Shown here: piece by piece, positions 63,999 to 64,000 of the stretch
How positions within the stretch are numbered: the first letter of the stretch is position 1
Layout: every line of letters begins with the position of its first letter
Source of the DNA: a virus
Strand: one strand, 5' to 3'
DNA: 64,000 nucleotides
IMG/VR virus record: IMGVR_UViG_3300050821_017216
Coordinates: 55,900 to 119,899 of that record
Position numbers and translations under genes: made by a program
Notes under the pieces: model-generated
Databases searched by the model: none
The model's input: only the letters and a program-made list of their open reading frames with translations
Told to the model about the DNA's origin: nothing

Positions 63999-64000
63999 CA

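Noticed and set aside
1-64000. CRISPR array, tRNA or rRNA genes
   Set aside because: No regularly spaced repeat-spacer series, cloverleaf or rRNA-like segment seen. The repeats found are coding or short regulatory clusters. A covariance-model scan was not run.
1-64000. Terminase, portal, tail sheath/tube, integrase, DNA polymerase, packaging ATPase
   Set aside because: No recognisable motifs (the only Walker A seen is in the helicase). Absence from this window does not prove absence from the genome.

Overview
GC-rich (Myxococcota-like codon and lipoprotein style) viral or virus-like genome segment. No housekeeping genes, rRNA, tRNA or CRISPR array were seen. Layout: (1) 435-13748, plus strand, a tightly overlapping early-type operon led by an intein-containing UvrD helicase. 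(2) Small toxin-antitoxin-like and homing-endonuclease cassettes, many with their own sigma70-like, apparently leaderless promoters. (3) 14792-23614, minus strand, acidic multi-module proteins joined by basic [AVT]-x-E-[AS]-[RK] linkers. (4) 25331-40930, minus strand, beta-rich spike/fibre-like proteins, five of which share an N-terminal IGRGR-x-A-x-E-T-Y-P leader, interleaved with lysis-type genes. (5) 43361-64000, a morphogenesis-like region with many C-terminally membrane-anchored proteins sharing a GRP-x(2-5)-FG[LV]G motif. It also holds GroES-like, JAB, LysM and transglutaminase-like protease genes, a 1205-aa histone-like core protein, and two adjacent jelly-roll-like capsid candidates (439 and 199 aa). 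No terminase, portal or tail gene was recognised. Best hypothesis (inference, not verified by any search): an unusually large, membrane-containing, non-tailed bacterial virus that uses several short peptide address tags to route proteins into the virion. All protein family calls come from motif recognition by eye and need HMM or structure confirmation.
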